A stretch of DNA of 39,616 bases from Parachlamydiales bacterium (GTDB lineage: Bacteria; Chlamydiota; Chlamydiia; Chlamydiales; FEN-1388), in the NCBI GenBank assembly GCA_039806815.1, contig JBDHQC010000002.1, forward strand, positions 1 to 39,616, written 5' to 3'. Of the stretch, positions 26,608-35,800 are shown one piece after another. Position numbers and translations under genes: made by a program. The notes under the pieces are model-generated. The model searched no databases. It worked only from the letters and a program-made list of their open reading frames with translations, and was not told where the DNA came from. Within the stretch, counting starts at the first letter, position 1. Every line of letters starts with the position of its first letter.

Positions 26608-26699
26608 AAGTATCTTTGTCAATTCGACAAAATTGCATTGTAAAAATGCTCCCATTTGAGCTACAATTAACTCGATTTTTTCAATTTTGAATTACAGTT

Positions 26700-26773
26700 G
26701 GGGTATTAGCTCAGTTGGTTAGAGCGCCACGTTGACATCGTGGAGGTCAGCTGTTCGAGTCAGCTATATCCCA
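26700..26773 (+). tRNA. tRNA-Val (anticodon GAC)
   Basis: Manual cloverleaf. Acceptor GGGGTAT/ATATCCC (one G-U), D-arm GCTC-AGTTGGTTA-GAGC, anticodon arm CCACG-TTGACAT-CGTGG (GAC at 26734-26736), T-arm AGCTG-TTCGAGT-CAGCT, discriminator A. CCA is not encoded. Confidence 0.93.
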
Positions 26774-26796
26774 TTTTTATTGCCAACTTTTTATTG

Positions 26797-28362
26797 ATGG
26801 AACGACAAATAACGTCAATATTTCAGCGCACATGCGCGTACATCGTCTCTTTACTCTCATCAAAAATTATGCCGCAACTCGTTCCCCTGGAGGTTTTTGC
26901 ATTTCCATCGCATTTTTATTGTGACTTTATTGCGCCATCATCGTGGGATCCGGCTTTTCTAACGTTTTTAGAAAATGAGATACATAGAGAATTGAGAAAA
27001 GACTATTCAATGAAAGTATTTTCAATGATGAAAGAAAATGCCTCAGTTTTTTTAAAAGAGCACAAGATGGATTTTCTTTCAGAACGCGTTTTATTTTCTC
27101 AATCTCCCATTGTTACACTCTTATCTTTGGATTCTGCGTACGAGCTCGTCGAAGGAGAGATCTTCAATGCGATTGAAACTCCTCCTCATATAGTCTTATG
27201 CGACTATTCCCTATTTTCGTCCGAATATCCAAAAATAGGTGAGTATCAAGTTTTGAGGATAATTGGCAGTGGTAGTGTGACTTCTAAAGAAGCAAGTCAT
27301 TTTAAGCGGCTCTTTAAACAAGCAAAAGAAAATGATCCTGTCAGGGTGGCAAAAGAACTCGAGTACTTTTATTTTCCGGAAGTTTTTGCATCCCCGATTT
27401 GGCTGCAAAAAGGACTTCAAATACGAGATGCCTTTGATGATCGGATCCAAACGATTTGTTCTGAATACAATTTTATGCGAATTCACGCGTCATCAGAAAA
27501 TGTGTATGACAGTTTTGCTATTTTAGAAAAGAATTTAAAAAGACATCGCTTTATTCAATATTCAGACGTCCCATCTCTCTCATACAACAAAGATTGCAGG
27601 GGGCTTTTTGCAACAAAAAGTGCATATTGCGACGAGTTTTGTCTCTATTTAGAAAAAAAAGAGCTCGTCAATGAGCTAAAAGATATTTTAAATTTTATAA
27701 AAAAAGTGCATGCAATTTTTAAACTTTCACCTACATGGATAGTAAATTATTCGAAAAGTTTCAAAGGTTTTTCAAAAATAATTCAAGAGCTTGTAAAACA
27801 AACCCAAATCCATTTTGAAGAAAAAGAAAACCTTGATTATAGTCCAAGCTCGACCTTTGAAGCTGTGGTAAAAGATGCATATGGAACGATTTATCCAATA
27901 AGTTGCATTGAAATTCGACAAAAGAGCGATAGTGAGAAAATAACACTCTATGGATCTTCATTACTTTCTCTAGAGCGAGTTTTGGGGCTTCTTTTAGAAA
28001 AAAATTCCGGGTTTTTGCCTTTTGCACTATCTCCTGTGCAGATGCGTTGTCTTTTAGTAGGGGAGGTAAATACTTCTTGGGGGAAGGAAGTTCAAAAAAA
28101 GATTTCCTCTTTAGGCTATCGAATTGAACAAGATGAAAGAAAAGAGGTATCACTTTCTTCTAAAATTTACGAATGTCAGAGAGCAAAAATTCCAATTTCC
28201 TTTATAATTGGAAAAAAAGAAGTAGAAAATCAGAATGTCATGCTACGTGTAAATGACGAATCGTTAAAAGAGCTCATTGTCGAAAGACCGATGAATCTCG
28301 ATGAAGTGATTTCTTTATTACAGATAGCAGATAAAAAAAATCAACAAGAGGTGCTTTACTAA
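26797..28362 (+). CDS. threonyl-tRNA synthetase-like protein, N-terminally truncated and catalytically degenerate
   Basis: Collinear with ThrRS from the editing-domain region to the anticodon-binding domain ([23 protein letters not shown] versus [36 protein letters not shown] versus GDKEVESGKVAVR). It lacks the TGS domain, the HxxxH editing motif, CHRNE, DDAH and IHRA. Start set to ATG 26797 because the track start at 26740 lies inside the tRNA. Confidence 0.7.
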   Translation: [521 protein letters not shown]

Positions 28363-28363
28363 C

Positions 28364-28888
28364 TTGAGAGTCAATCAAGAAATTCGCGCTCCAAATGTGA
28401 GAGTAATTGCTCATGACGGAGAACAATTGGGAGTAATTCCCGTAAAAGATGCATTAAAGCTTGCTCAAGACGCAGGTCTTGATCTCGTAGAAGTCGTTTC
28501 AACATCATCTCCACCTGTCTGCAAAATTATCGATTATGGCAAATTTCGTTATGACCAGACAAAACGAGAAAAAGAAAGTAAAAAGTCACAACATCAGGTT
28601 AAAGTCAAAGAGATAAAGCTAAGCTTGAATATTACTGAGCACGATCTCGATACGAAACTGAGGCATGCAAAGGAATTTCTTGAAAAAGGCAACAAAGTCA
28701 AGATTTCCTGTATGTTTCGAGGGCGGGAAATGGTGCACCAAGAGCTTGGGAACAGGCTTATTGCCAAAACGGTAAGTACTTTAGAAGACATTGCCTGGAT
28801 TGAGACACCGGCTAAAATGTACGGAAGGGTATTGAGCATGGTGTTGGCGCCTTCAACGAAGAAGAAAAAAGTAGCAAGTCCTGAGTAA
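28364..28888 (+). CDS. infC: translation initiation factor IF-3
   Basis: Motifs VNQEIRAPNVRVI...GEQLGVI...LDLVEV...SPPVCKIIDYGKFRY. The TTG start has AGAGGTG 10 nt upstream and sits 1 nt after the upstream stop. Confidence 0.9.
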   Translation: MRVNQEIRAPNVRVIAHDGEQLGVIPVKDALKLAQDAGLDLVEVVSTSSPPVCKIIDYGKFRYDQTKREKESKKSQHQVKVKEIKLSLNITEHDLDTKLRHAKEFLEKGNKVKISCMFRGREMVHQELGNRLIAKTVSTLEDIAWIETPAKMYGRVLSMVLAPSTKKKKVASPE

Positions 28889-28911
28889 TTTGCTTTTTTC
28901 GTTCGATTTTC

Positions 28912-28940
28912 TTGCGGGATACGGCAAAAAATGCTATAGT
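28912..28940 (+). promoter_or_regulatory. sigma70-like promoter candidate inside the infC-rpmI spacer
   Basis: TTGCGG (28912-28917), a 17-nt spacer, then TATAGT (28935-28940) in a 162-nt non-coding gap. Motif match only. Confidence 0.3.
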
Positions 28941-29050
28941 TTAGACGAAATTTTGAGTCGGACTCTTTGCATCTTTACAGGCGCATCCCTTTGGCTTTAT
29001 AGAAGATCAAAGAAGACTTTAAGAAAATTTAGGCTGGGAGTGATGAAGCC

Positions 29051-29245
29051 GTGACGAAAATGAAAACTGTTAAATCAGTGAAAAAAAAATTTAGAGTGAC
29101 AGCTACGGGTAAACTGAAGAGAGGGCGCCCTGGCAGAGGTCACTTGTTGACGAAGAAATCAGCAAAAAGAAAACACCATCTTGAAACGCCCGCTTATGTA
29201 GCTGGAAAACCCGCTGCAAAGTACAAAGAATTGATGTGTGTGTAA
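29051..29245 (+). CDS. rpmI: 50S ribosomal protein L35
   Basis: 64-aa basic protein starting MTKMKTVKSVKKKFRVTATGKLKR (GTG start), matching the L35 N-terminal pattern. Confidence 0.9.
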   Translation: MTKMKTVKSVKKKFRVTATGKLKRGRPGRGHLLTKKSAKRKHHLETPAYVAGKPAAKYKELMCV

Positions 29246-29280
29246 AAGTATCGAGAATCTAAAAATTTTGGAGCAAAGCG

Positions 29281-29643
29281 ATGGTTAGAGCGACAAATTC
29301 GGTTGCAAGACATCGCCGCAAGAAAAGAATATTCAAACAAGCTAAAGGCTTTTGGGGGGATAGAAAAAATCACCTTCGCCTTTCAACTGAAGCTGTTATA
29401 AATGCGTTGGCATCAAATTATCGCCATCGCAAGCAGAAGAAAAGAGATTTTCGCGGTCTTTGGATAACGCGTTTGGGTATTGCGGCAAAAATACATGGTA
29501 TGTCGTATAGCAAGTTTATATTCGGTTTGAAAAAAGCAGGTTGTGAGATCAACCGCAAAATATTGTCTGATATGGCGATCTCGGATCCTAAGGGATTTGA
29601 AACCGTCGTTGCCGAAGCAAAAAAAGCATTAGCTACAGTGTAA
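29281..29643 (+). CDS. rplT: 50S ribosomal protein L20
   Basis: 120-aa basic protein with the L20 pattern (RHRRKKRIFKQAKGFWG..., INRKILSDMAI). Confidence 0.92.
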   Translation: MVRATNSVARHRRKKRIFKQAKGFWGDRKNHLRLSTEAVINALASNYRHRKQKKRDFRGLWITRLGIAAKIHGMSYSKFIFGLKKAGCEINRKILSDMAISDPKGFETVVAEAKKALATV

Positions 29644-29661
29644 CTTACTGTATCAGTATAT

Positions 29662-29697
29662 AAAACCCGAGTGTAGTGCTCGGGTTTTCTCTTTACA
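29662..29697 (+). terminator. rho-independent terminator/attenuator between rplT and pheS
   Basis: 10-bp stem AAAACCCGAG (29662-29671) / CTCGGGTTTT (29679-29688), loop TGTAGTG, followed by CTCTTT. Confidence 0.65.
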
Positions 29698-29708
29698 GTG
29701 GATCTCCT

Positions 29709-30737
29709 ATGAAAGAAAAAATTGAACAGTTGCGATTGCAATTTACATCCGACCTTCAAAAAGCAGCAAATGTTTTAGAAGTAGAAAATGTCAAAGTTGA
29801 ATATCTTGGAAAAAAAGGCAGCATACCGGGATTGATGCAGTCTTTAAAGAGCGTTTCTTCTGAGGAAAGGCCAGGCATTGGCCGTCTTATCAATGATCTC
29901 AAGGTATACGTTGAAGATTCATTAACAAAAGCACACCTGGAGCTTCAGGATAAAGAAGATATCCTTCGTTTTCAACGGGAAGAAATTGACGTAACGCTTC
30001 CTTCTCGAAAGAGGGCAATCGGAGCAAAGCATCTTTTAATGAAAGTCATGGATGAAATGATTGAAATTTTTTCATCAATGGGCTTTTCTGTTCAAACAGG
30101 TCCGCAAATCGACACAGAGTACTACAATTTTGACGTGCTCAACATGCCGCACGATCATTCTGCCCGTGATATGCAAGATACATTTTTTATAGCGCCAGGA
30201 GTTTTATTGCGAACGCATACCTCTAACGTTCAAGGAAGAGTTATGGAATCGACAAAGCCTCCGATTCGCATAATTAGTCCGGGGAGGGCATTTCGCAATG
30301 AAGACATCAGTGCTCGAAGTCATGTCTTCTTTCATCAGGTAGAAGGATTATACGTCGATGAAAATGTAACATTTCAGGATTTAATTTATACATTAAAAGA
30401 ATTTTCGATTCGATTTTTTGGGCCACATGTCATGCTTCGATTCCGGCCAAGTTATTTTCCCTTTGTAGAACCTGGGACAGAAGTCGACATTCAATGTCTT
30501 ATGTGCAAGGGTAAGGGTTGTGTACTCTGTAAGCAGTCTGGCTGGCTTGAGATTCTCGGTGCAGGAATGGTTCATCCACAAGTTTTGTTGAACGGTGGGA
30601 TCGATCCTGAAAAATATCAAGGGTATGCGTGGGGAATGGGAATCGAGCGTCCTTGCATGTTAAAATATGGAATTGACGATATTCGACTATTTTCAGAAAA
30701 CGACCTTCGTTTTTGTGAGCAATTTCCAGTCATATAG
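29709..30737 (+). CDS. pheS: phenylalanine--tRNA ligase alpha subunit
   Basis: Class II motifs GRAFRNEDISARSHVFFHQVEG and GMGIERP. Start set to ATG 29709 (MKEKIEQL) because the track start at 29676 lies inside the terminator hairpin. Confidence 0.9.
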   Translation: MKEKIEQLRLQFTSDLQKAANVLEVENVKVEYLGKKGSIPGLMQSLKSVSSEERPGIGRLINDLKVYVEDSLTKAHLELQDKEDILRFQREEIDVTLPSRKRAIGAKHLLMKVMDEMIEIFSSMGFSVQTGPQIDTEYYNFDVLNMPHDHSARDMQDTFFIAPGVLLRTHTSNVQGRVMESTKPPIRIISPGRAFRNEDISARSHVFFHQVEGLYVDENVTFQDLIYTLKEFSIRFFGPHVMLRFRPSYFPFVEPGTEVDIQCLMCKGKGCVLCKQSGWLEILGAGMVHPQVLLNGGIDPEKYQGYAWGMGIERPCMLKYGIDDIRLFSENDLRFCEQFPVI

Positions 30738-30744
30738 GTAAAAA

Positions 30745-31590
30745 ATGAGACACGAGTGGGTTGTACAGCAAAATGAACAGGGCTTGACTTTACGCGACTT
30801 TTTGCATAAAAAATTCGACCAATTATCAAATAAGCGCATAAAGCATATTATCGATAAAGGGTACTGTACCATTCAGGGAAAACCTGAAAAATTTTACCGA
30901 ACTTCAGTCCTCAAAGGACAAAAGATCGGGCTCTTACTTCCCGATGAAAAAAAAATCAGTACCAAACCTCAATTCCTCTTTGAAGAAGCAAGAATCTTAT
31001 ATGAGGATGAAGATCTTTTCATCTATGATAAGCCATCAGGGATTATATGTGATGATGAGGGGATAATTCAGCTTCTTAAACCCTTTAGGACTTCACTCTA
31101 CTTGGCTCATCGACTTGATAAAGATACGACTGGAGTGTGTGTTTTTGCAAAGAATGCAAAAACCCAAGAAATTCTCTTCGATAAATTTCGAAAACGTGAA
31201 GTTTTTAAATCGTATCTTGCAATAGTCGATGGTTTTGTTCAAAAAAAGACCTTTACTCAAGAAAGTGAGATCACCTCGACAAAATCCCGAAATCCTAAAG
31301 AGGCGAAAACCGAATTTCGGACCATTAAAAGAGAAGCTCATGCGACGTTACTTACAGCAATTCCCCACACAGGAAGAACACACCAAATACGTATTCACTT
31401 ACAAGAAATAGGGCATCCTATCTTGGGCGATTTTCAGTATGGGAAAAATTTTCAATGCACCTACGAAGCAACCAGACAGTTTCTTCACGCTGAAAAAATT
31501 GTCTTTTCTCATCCAAGGACGAATGAAAAAATACAAGTAATTGCACCTCTTGCAAAAGATATGAAAGTTGCCATAACAAATATTTTCTAG
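30745..31590 (+). CDS. RluA-family 23S rRNA pseudouridine synthase
   Basis: S4-like N-terminus, catalytic HRLDKDTTGV, and GRTHQIRIHL motif. Confidence 0.85.
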   Translation: MRHEWVVQQNEQGLTLRDFLHKKFDQLSNKRIKHIIDKGYCTIQGKPEKFYRTSVLKGQKIGLLLPDEKKISTKPQFLFEEARILYEDEDLFIYDKPSGIICDDEGIIQLLKPFRTSLYLAHRLDKDTTGVCVFAKNAKTQEILFDKFRKREVFKSYLAIVDGFVQKKTFTQESEITSTKSRNPKEAKTEFRTIKREAHATLLTAIPHTGRTHQIRIHLQEIGHPILGDFQYGKNFQCTYEATRQFLHAEKIVFSHPRTNEKIQVIAPLAKDMKVAITNIF

Positions 31591-31709
31591 AACCCAAAAG
31601 TCGTAAACGTGTATAAGTCGTAAAAAGTTGGACTTTATGTGCAAATTAAAAAAGTGATAAACAATATTTATATAAAGAAGACTATAAATGTAGTAGGACA
31701 CATGGCAGT

Positions 31710-32792
31710 ATGCGTTTTTTGATAATAAAGACCTCAGCACTTGGCGATATTGTGCAAACATATCCCGTCGTTCATTATCTAAAAAATCGATTTCCTGGAT
31801 GTCATATTGATTGGGTTGTTGAAAAAAGAGCACAAGATCTCGTACAAGATCATCCTCAGATTGATAATGCTATCGTTATCGATGCAAAATCGTGGAAAAA
31901 GAAACTATTTTCCATGTCGACATACCGAGCGATTTTAAATTTTTTAAGAATGTTGCGAAAAGATTCCTATGATGTCATTTTCGATTTACAAGGCAATTCG
32001 AAATCCGCGTTTATAACGTTTTTTTCGAAGAGTCGGGTAAAAGTTGGATTTGGATGGAAGACAGTACACGAACGGCCAAATCTTTTATCGACGACGCATA
32101 AAGTAAATCCTCCCAAAGGACAAAATATTAGAAGGGATTATCTTTATGTTGTGCAAGAATATTTTCACGACCATTCCTGTTCTCCTGATGAAGATGTCCT
32201 TTTAAGGCTTAAAAGTTCAGAGGAAAGTCAATTAGAGTTGTTATCGCGATCATTCCCTGAAAATTCTTGGCTTATATGCCCGGGTTCACAATGGAAAAAT
32301 AAGACAATTTCAGACGATGCACTCTATGGTTTTTTACAGCTTTCAAAGACTAACTATTGCCCGCATTTTATATTTTTATCAGGGTCTGATGAAGAAAAAA
32401 TGCTTTCTCAAAAAATGGCAAAATATTTTCCTGAGTGCTCGCAAATATTGCATAAGCCCTCTTTTGTGCTTTTGCAACACGTGATGCGAAAGGCAAAACT
32501 CGTATTTGGAGTAGATTCTCTTCCATTACATCTTGCAGGAACGACAGAAACGCCAACCTTTTCCATCTTTGGCCCTTCTATTGCCAATAAATTTCGCCCA
32601 TTAAAAGAATCATCTTATTCCTATCAGGCGTTGTGTCCTTACAATAAGACATTTGAAAAGCGCTGTCCTGAATTGCGATCCTGTTCTACCGGTGCATGTC
32701 TAAAAGACATACAACCTCAAGAGCTCTTTTATGCATTCCAACGTTGGTACGATCATAAAAAAGAGATGCAAAAGTCTTTTCTTACCGGCTAA
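31710..32792 (+). CDS. glycosyltransferase family 9 (LPS heptosyltransferase-like)
   Basis: N-terminus MRFLIIKTSALGDIVQTYPV is typical of GT9. The C-terminal half has GVDSLPLHLA. Confidence 0.75.
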   Translation: MRFLIIKTSALGDIVQTYPVVHYLKNRFPGCHIDWVVEKRAQDLVQDHPQIDNAIVIDAKSWKKKLFSMSTYRAILNFLRMLRKDSYDVIFDLQGNSKSAFITFFSKSRVKVGFGWKTVHERPNLLSTTHKVNPPKGQNIRRDYLYVVQEYFHDHSCSPDEDVLLRLKSSEESQLELLSRSFPENSWLICPGSQWKNKTISDDALYGFLQLSKTNYCPHFIFLSGSDEEKMLSQKMAKYFPECSQILHKPSFVLLQHVMRKAKLVFGVDSLPLHLAGTTETPTFSIFGPSIANKFRPLKESSYSYQALCPYNKTFEKRCPELRSCSTGACLKDIQPQELFYAFQRWYDHKKEMQKSFLTG

Positions 32793-32856
32793 TCCTTTTT
32801 GTTAATTAATTTTTTTGTTAAAGAAATAATTAACATATTCGAAAGGAAAGCTCCCT

Positions 32857-35800
32857 ATGGATTCTACTCAATCTCTACCTATCGGACCTAGTTTGCCCGG
32901 TGGAAATGTTCCGGAGACGAAAAGAGGAGAAGGTGAAAAAAAAGAGACGAAAATTTTTCAGAAAATTCAAAAAAACGAGCAAACTCTCGAACATTCCCTT
33001 CAGAAAATCGAAAAGAAAATAGAACTTGGCAAAAATGCAAATAGACAAGTGTATTTTGCAACGCTTCATGCATTGAAATTGAAAGAGAAGATCGATAAGG
33101 TTCCGGAAGGAACGCCCGATAAAGAGGCGCTTTTAAAAAAACAGTCGGAGTACGTCGAAAAATTAGCGACATTATTGCCTCAACTCTCGTCAAAAGAACT
33201 CACTAAACTTCAAAAGCGTTTTGAGAAATTAGAAGAAATGGTTTCCCAAGATCCACAGCTTGTAGCAGAACTTAAATCTGTACTTGGTCAACTTAAAGTT
33301 GCGACAGCGCGGCAAGAAATAGTGCCAAAAATCGAAAAAGAGGTAAAACTTCTTTCTAAAGAAAGTTCGAATCTTCCCTTATGGATCCAGGAAAATCCGA
33401 AAATTTCTAAACTTTATCAAGAAACCTATAAAGAATATAAGCAACAAAAGCAGGAGCTTAAAAAAGAGTTTAAAAAAATAGAACAAAATCCAGAACTTGT
33501 GACGGTGGTCGATGAAAAAAGGAAAGTCGAACTTCTCCATCGTTTAGAGAATATTAAAGAAAAGATCGCAGAATTTTCAGTATGTAAGGGATTACTCGAT
33601 TCTTTTGCAGAAGGAATTGTAGACGAAGAAAGGGCACTCCAAAATCTCGAAGATCTTTCTCGAGAAATGAAACAATTGCAAAAAGCTGCAATTGAAGAAA
33701 TTCATACTTTCACAGAAGCGGCTGTAAAGATTCAATCGCAAGAACAACCTCTTCCACCACCACCACCTCCTCCTCCTGCAATTTTCGATATTTCTAAAGA
33801 ACCAGTGGAAGAAGTAGAAAGGCCAAAAGAATTTGAATTAGAGTTGATGAAAGGAAGAGATCAACAAGTATTAAAGCGGCATCTCAATAATCTACAAAAT
33901 GAAATCGCCAATGTTTTCCAAAAAAATGGCTCTGAATCTCAAAGAGAACAAGCAATAAAAAATGTAGAAGATACCATTGTTGAGATCGTAGAGATCCTTA
34001 AAAAAGGATCCATGAATGCCCATGACATTATTTCCCGAATGATGAATATCATACTCGAGGGGATAAGATCTCCTTCTGAAAAAACGAGTTCTTTGTTTCG
34101 GGCAAATCAACGCCAAATTCTCGATGCTGTTGCAATCCAGGTTTCAAAAGAATTAAATAAGAGTGAAAGTGCTATTATTCGAGAAGATTTTGCAAATTAC
34201 TGGAGTGAGATTTCTTCATCAAAAAATGAAGAACTGAAAAGTATCGTAGAACCGATTGCGAAAAAAGCAGAATTTACAAAGTCGCATCTTTTCGAAAAAT
34301 TTGAATCAGCACAATCGCGATACCTTCGAGGCGAGACGACGAGTACAGAGTTATATACTGCAACATCAGAATTGTGCAAAATGATGATAGCCCGTCCTGA
34401 TAGGACAAAAAGTACGTTCAAAACGATTCTTCAAACTCTCGATGAGTCATTTAAATTCGAAGGAAAAGAAAAGCTTTCGCCAAAGCAAGAAGAGGTGCTC
34501 AACATCGTAGTGTCTGCTCTTCAGTCGCAATTTTCTGATGGGGTAGAGGGAAAAAATTTAGAAGATGATCTTACGACATTTGTCTATTTGGCAAACGAAG
34601 GAATTGAAGAAGTTTCAGTTGGCGAAAAATTCATCGCAAACCATCTTGCAAAAAGTGCAAACTTAGAGCTTCGAGAACCAATAGCTATAGATCCTTCCTC
34701 TGAGAAAAATGCAATTATATTTCATGCTGCAACGCACCTGGGTGGAAGTTTATCCGGTTCTGTTTATGGTATTGAAGGGGTAGATCTCGTACGACATTCA
34801 TTGCAACTTGGACTCAAAAAATTGGAAAAAGAACATGCAGGGGAAGTTGTTCGACCGACATTTATTGGGAATGAATGGCGATTTTATGTCGATGATGCAG
34901 AGCAATTGACAAAGCTTCTCGATCAGCTTGCAGAGCTCAGCAGAAACAATCCAGGGGTAACCATAATTCCTGGAAGTATTGCCTGGTCCGGAAAGGCAAA
35001 AGAAGAAGGACGACGTTCTCTTGCTTTTAACACGCTTCCTGTTTTTGAAAATGGAAGACTTGTCAATCTCTATCATAAAAAACACGAATCCATGGATATC
35101 GATACAATTTCATCTTTTACTAATCAATCAAAAGATACTTTTGGTTGGGCTACAGATATCGAAGGGTATAAAGAGGTTATCGAACAATACAATTCCAATT
35201 TTTTTATCCGCGACGATGTGATAATCGGTCATGAAATTTGTAATGATCATGTTCATTCCACTGCTAAAAGAGATTACAATGCCAGATTCCCAAGTGGAAG
35301 TGGTGCGGATATGCATGTACTTATGGCACATGGAACAATACCAAATCCACAGCGGTCTGCTACACAAGATGGGGGAAGATTTGCTTATGTCGATCATTCT
35401 TCAAATGCAAAATCAAAGTTATCAATCATTCATAGATCTGAAGCTCAAGTAAAACAAGAAGTAAAACATAGTGCGACAAATGATGATACAAGTGAACTTG
35501 GAGCATTTAAAACGCATATGCCCGAAGAATTTGTAACATTACAACCTGTTGTCGGAGAATTTAAAAATGATCTTGGCCTAATCGAAAGCGGAACGAAAGC
35601 AAAAGGGGTCCTTTCTGCAATTGCGCATCAAGCAAAGATCTCAGATGATGAACTGAAAAGCAAAATTGTAACATTGTTAAAACGGCAAAAAGAGGATTTT
35701 TATCCAAGCGAAAAGACAATTGCGAAAAAAGCATGGGGACAAAAGGATCTCGGTTTATTTCTTGGCAATGTGAAAAAGCGTTATACTTTTCAAAATGCAG

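Noticed and set aside
26740-26796. ORF-track start (ATG 26740) for the ThrRS-like gene
   Set aside because: The ATG lies inside the tRNA-Val gene (26700-26773), and the first 19 residues have no ThrRS similarity. ATG 26797 is used instead.
27761-28153. 130-aa minus-strand ORF
   Set aside because: It is antisense within the ThrRS-like gene and has no motif or Shine-Dalgarno.
29676-29708. Upstream start for pheS at 29676
   Set aside because: It falls within the rplT terminator hairpin, and PheS similarity starts at MKEKIEQL (29709).
31399-31833. 144-aa minus-strand ORF spanning the rlu/GT9 intergenic region
   Set aside because: It overlaps the ends of two conserved plus-strand genes and has low-complexity Tyr/Phe/Ile-rich content from A/T-rich DNA.
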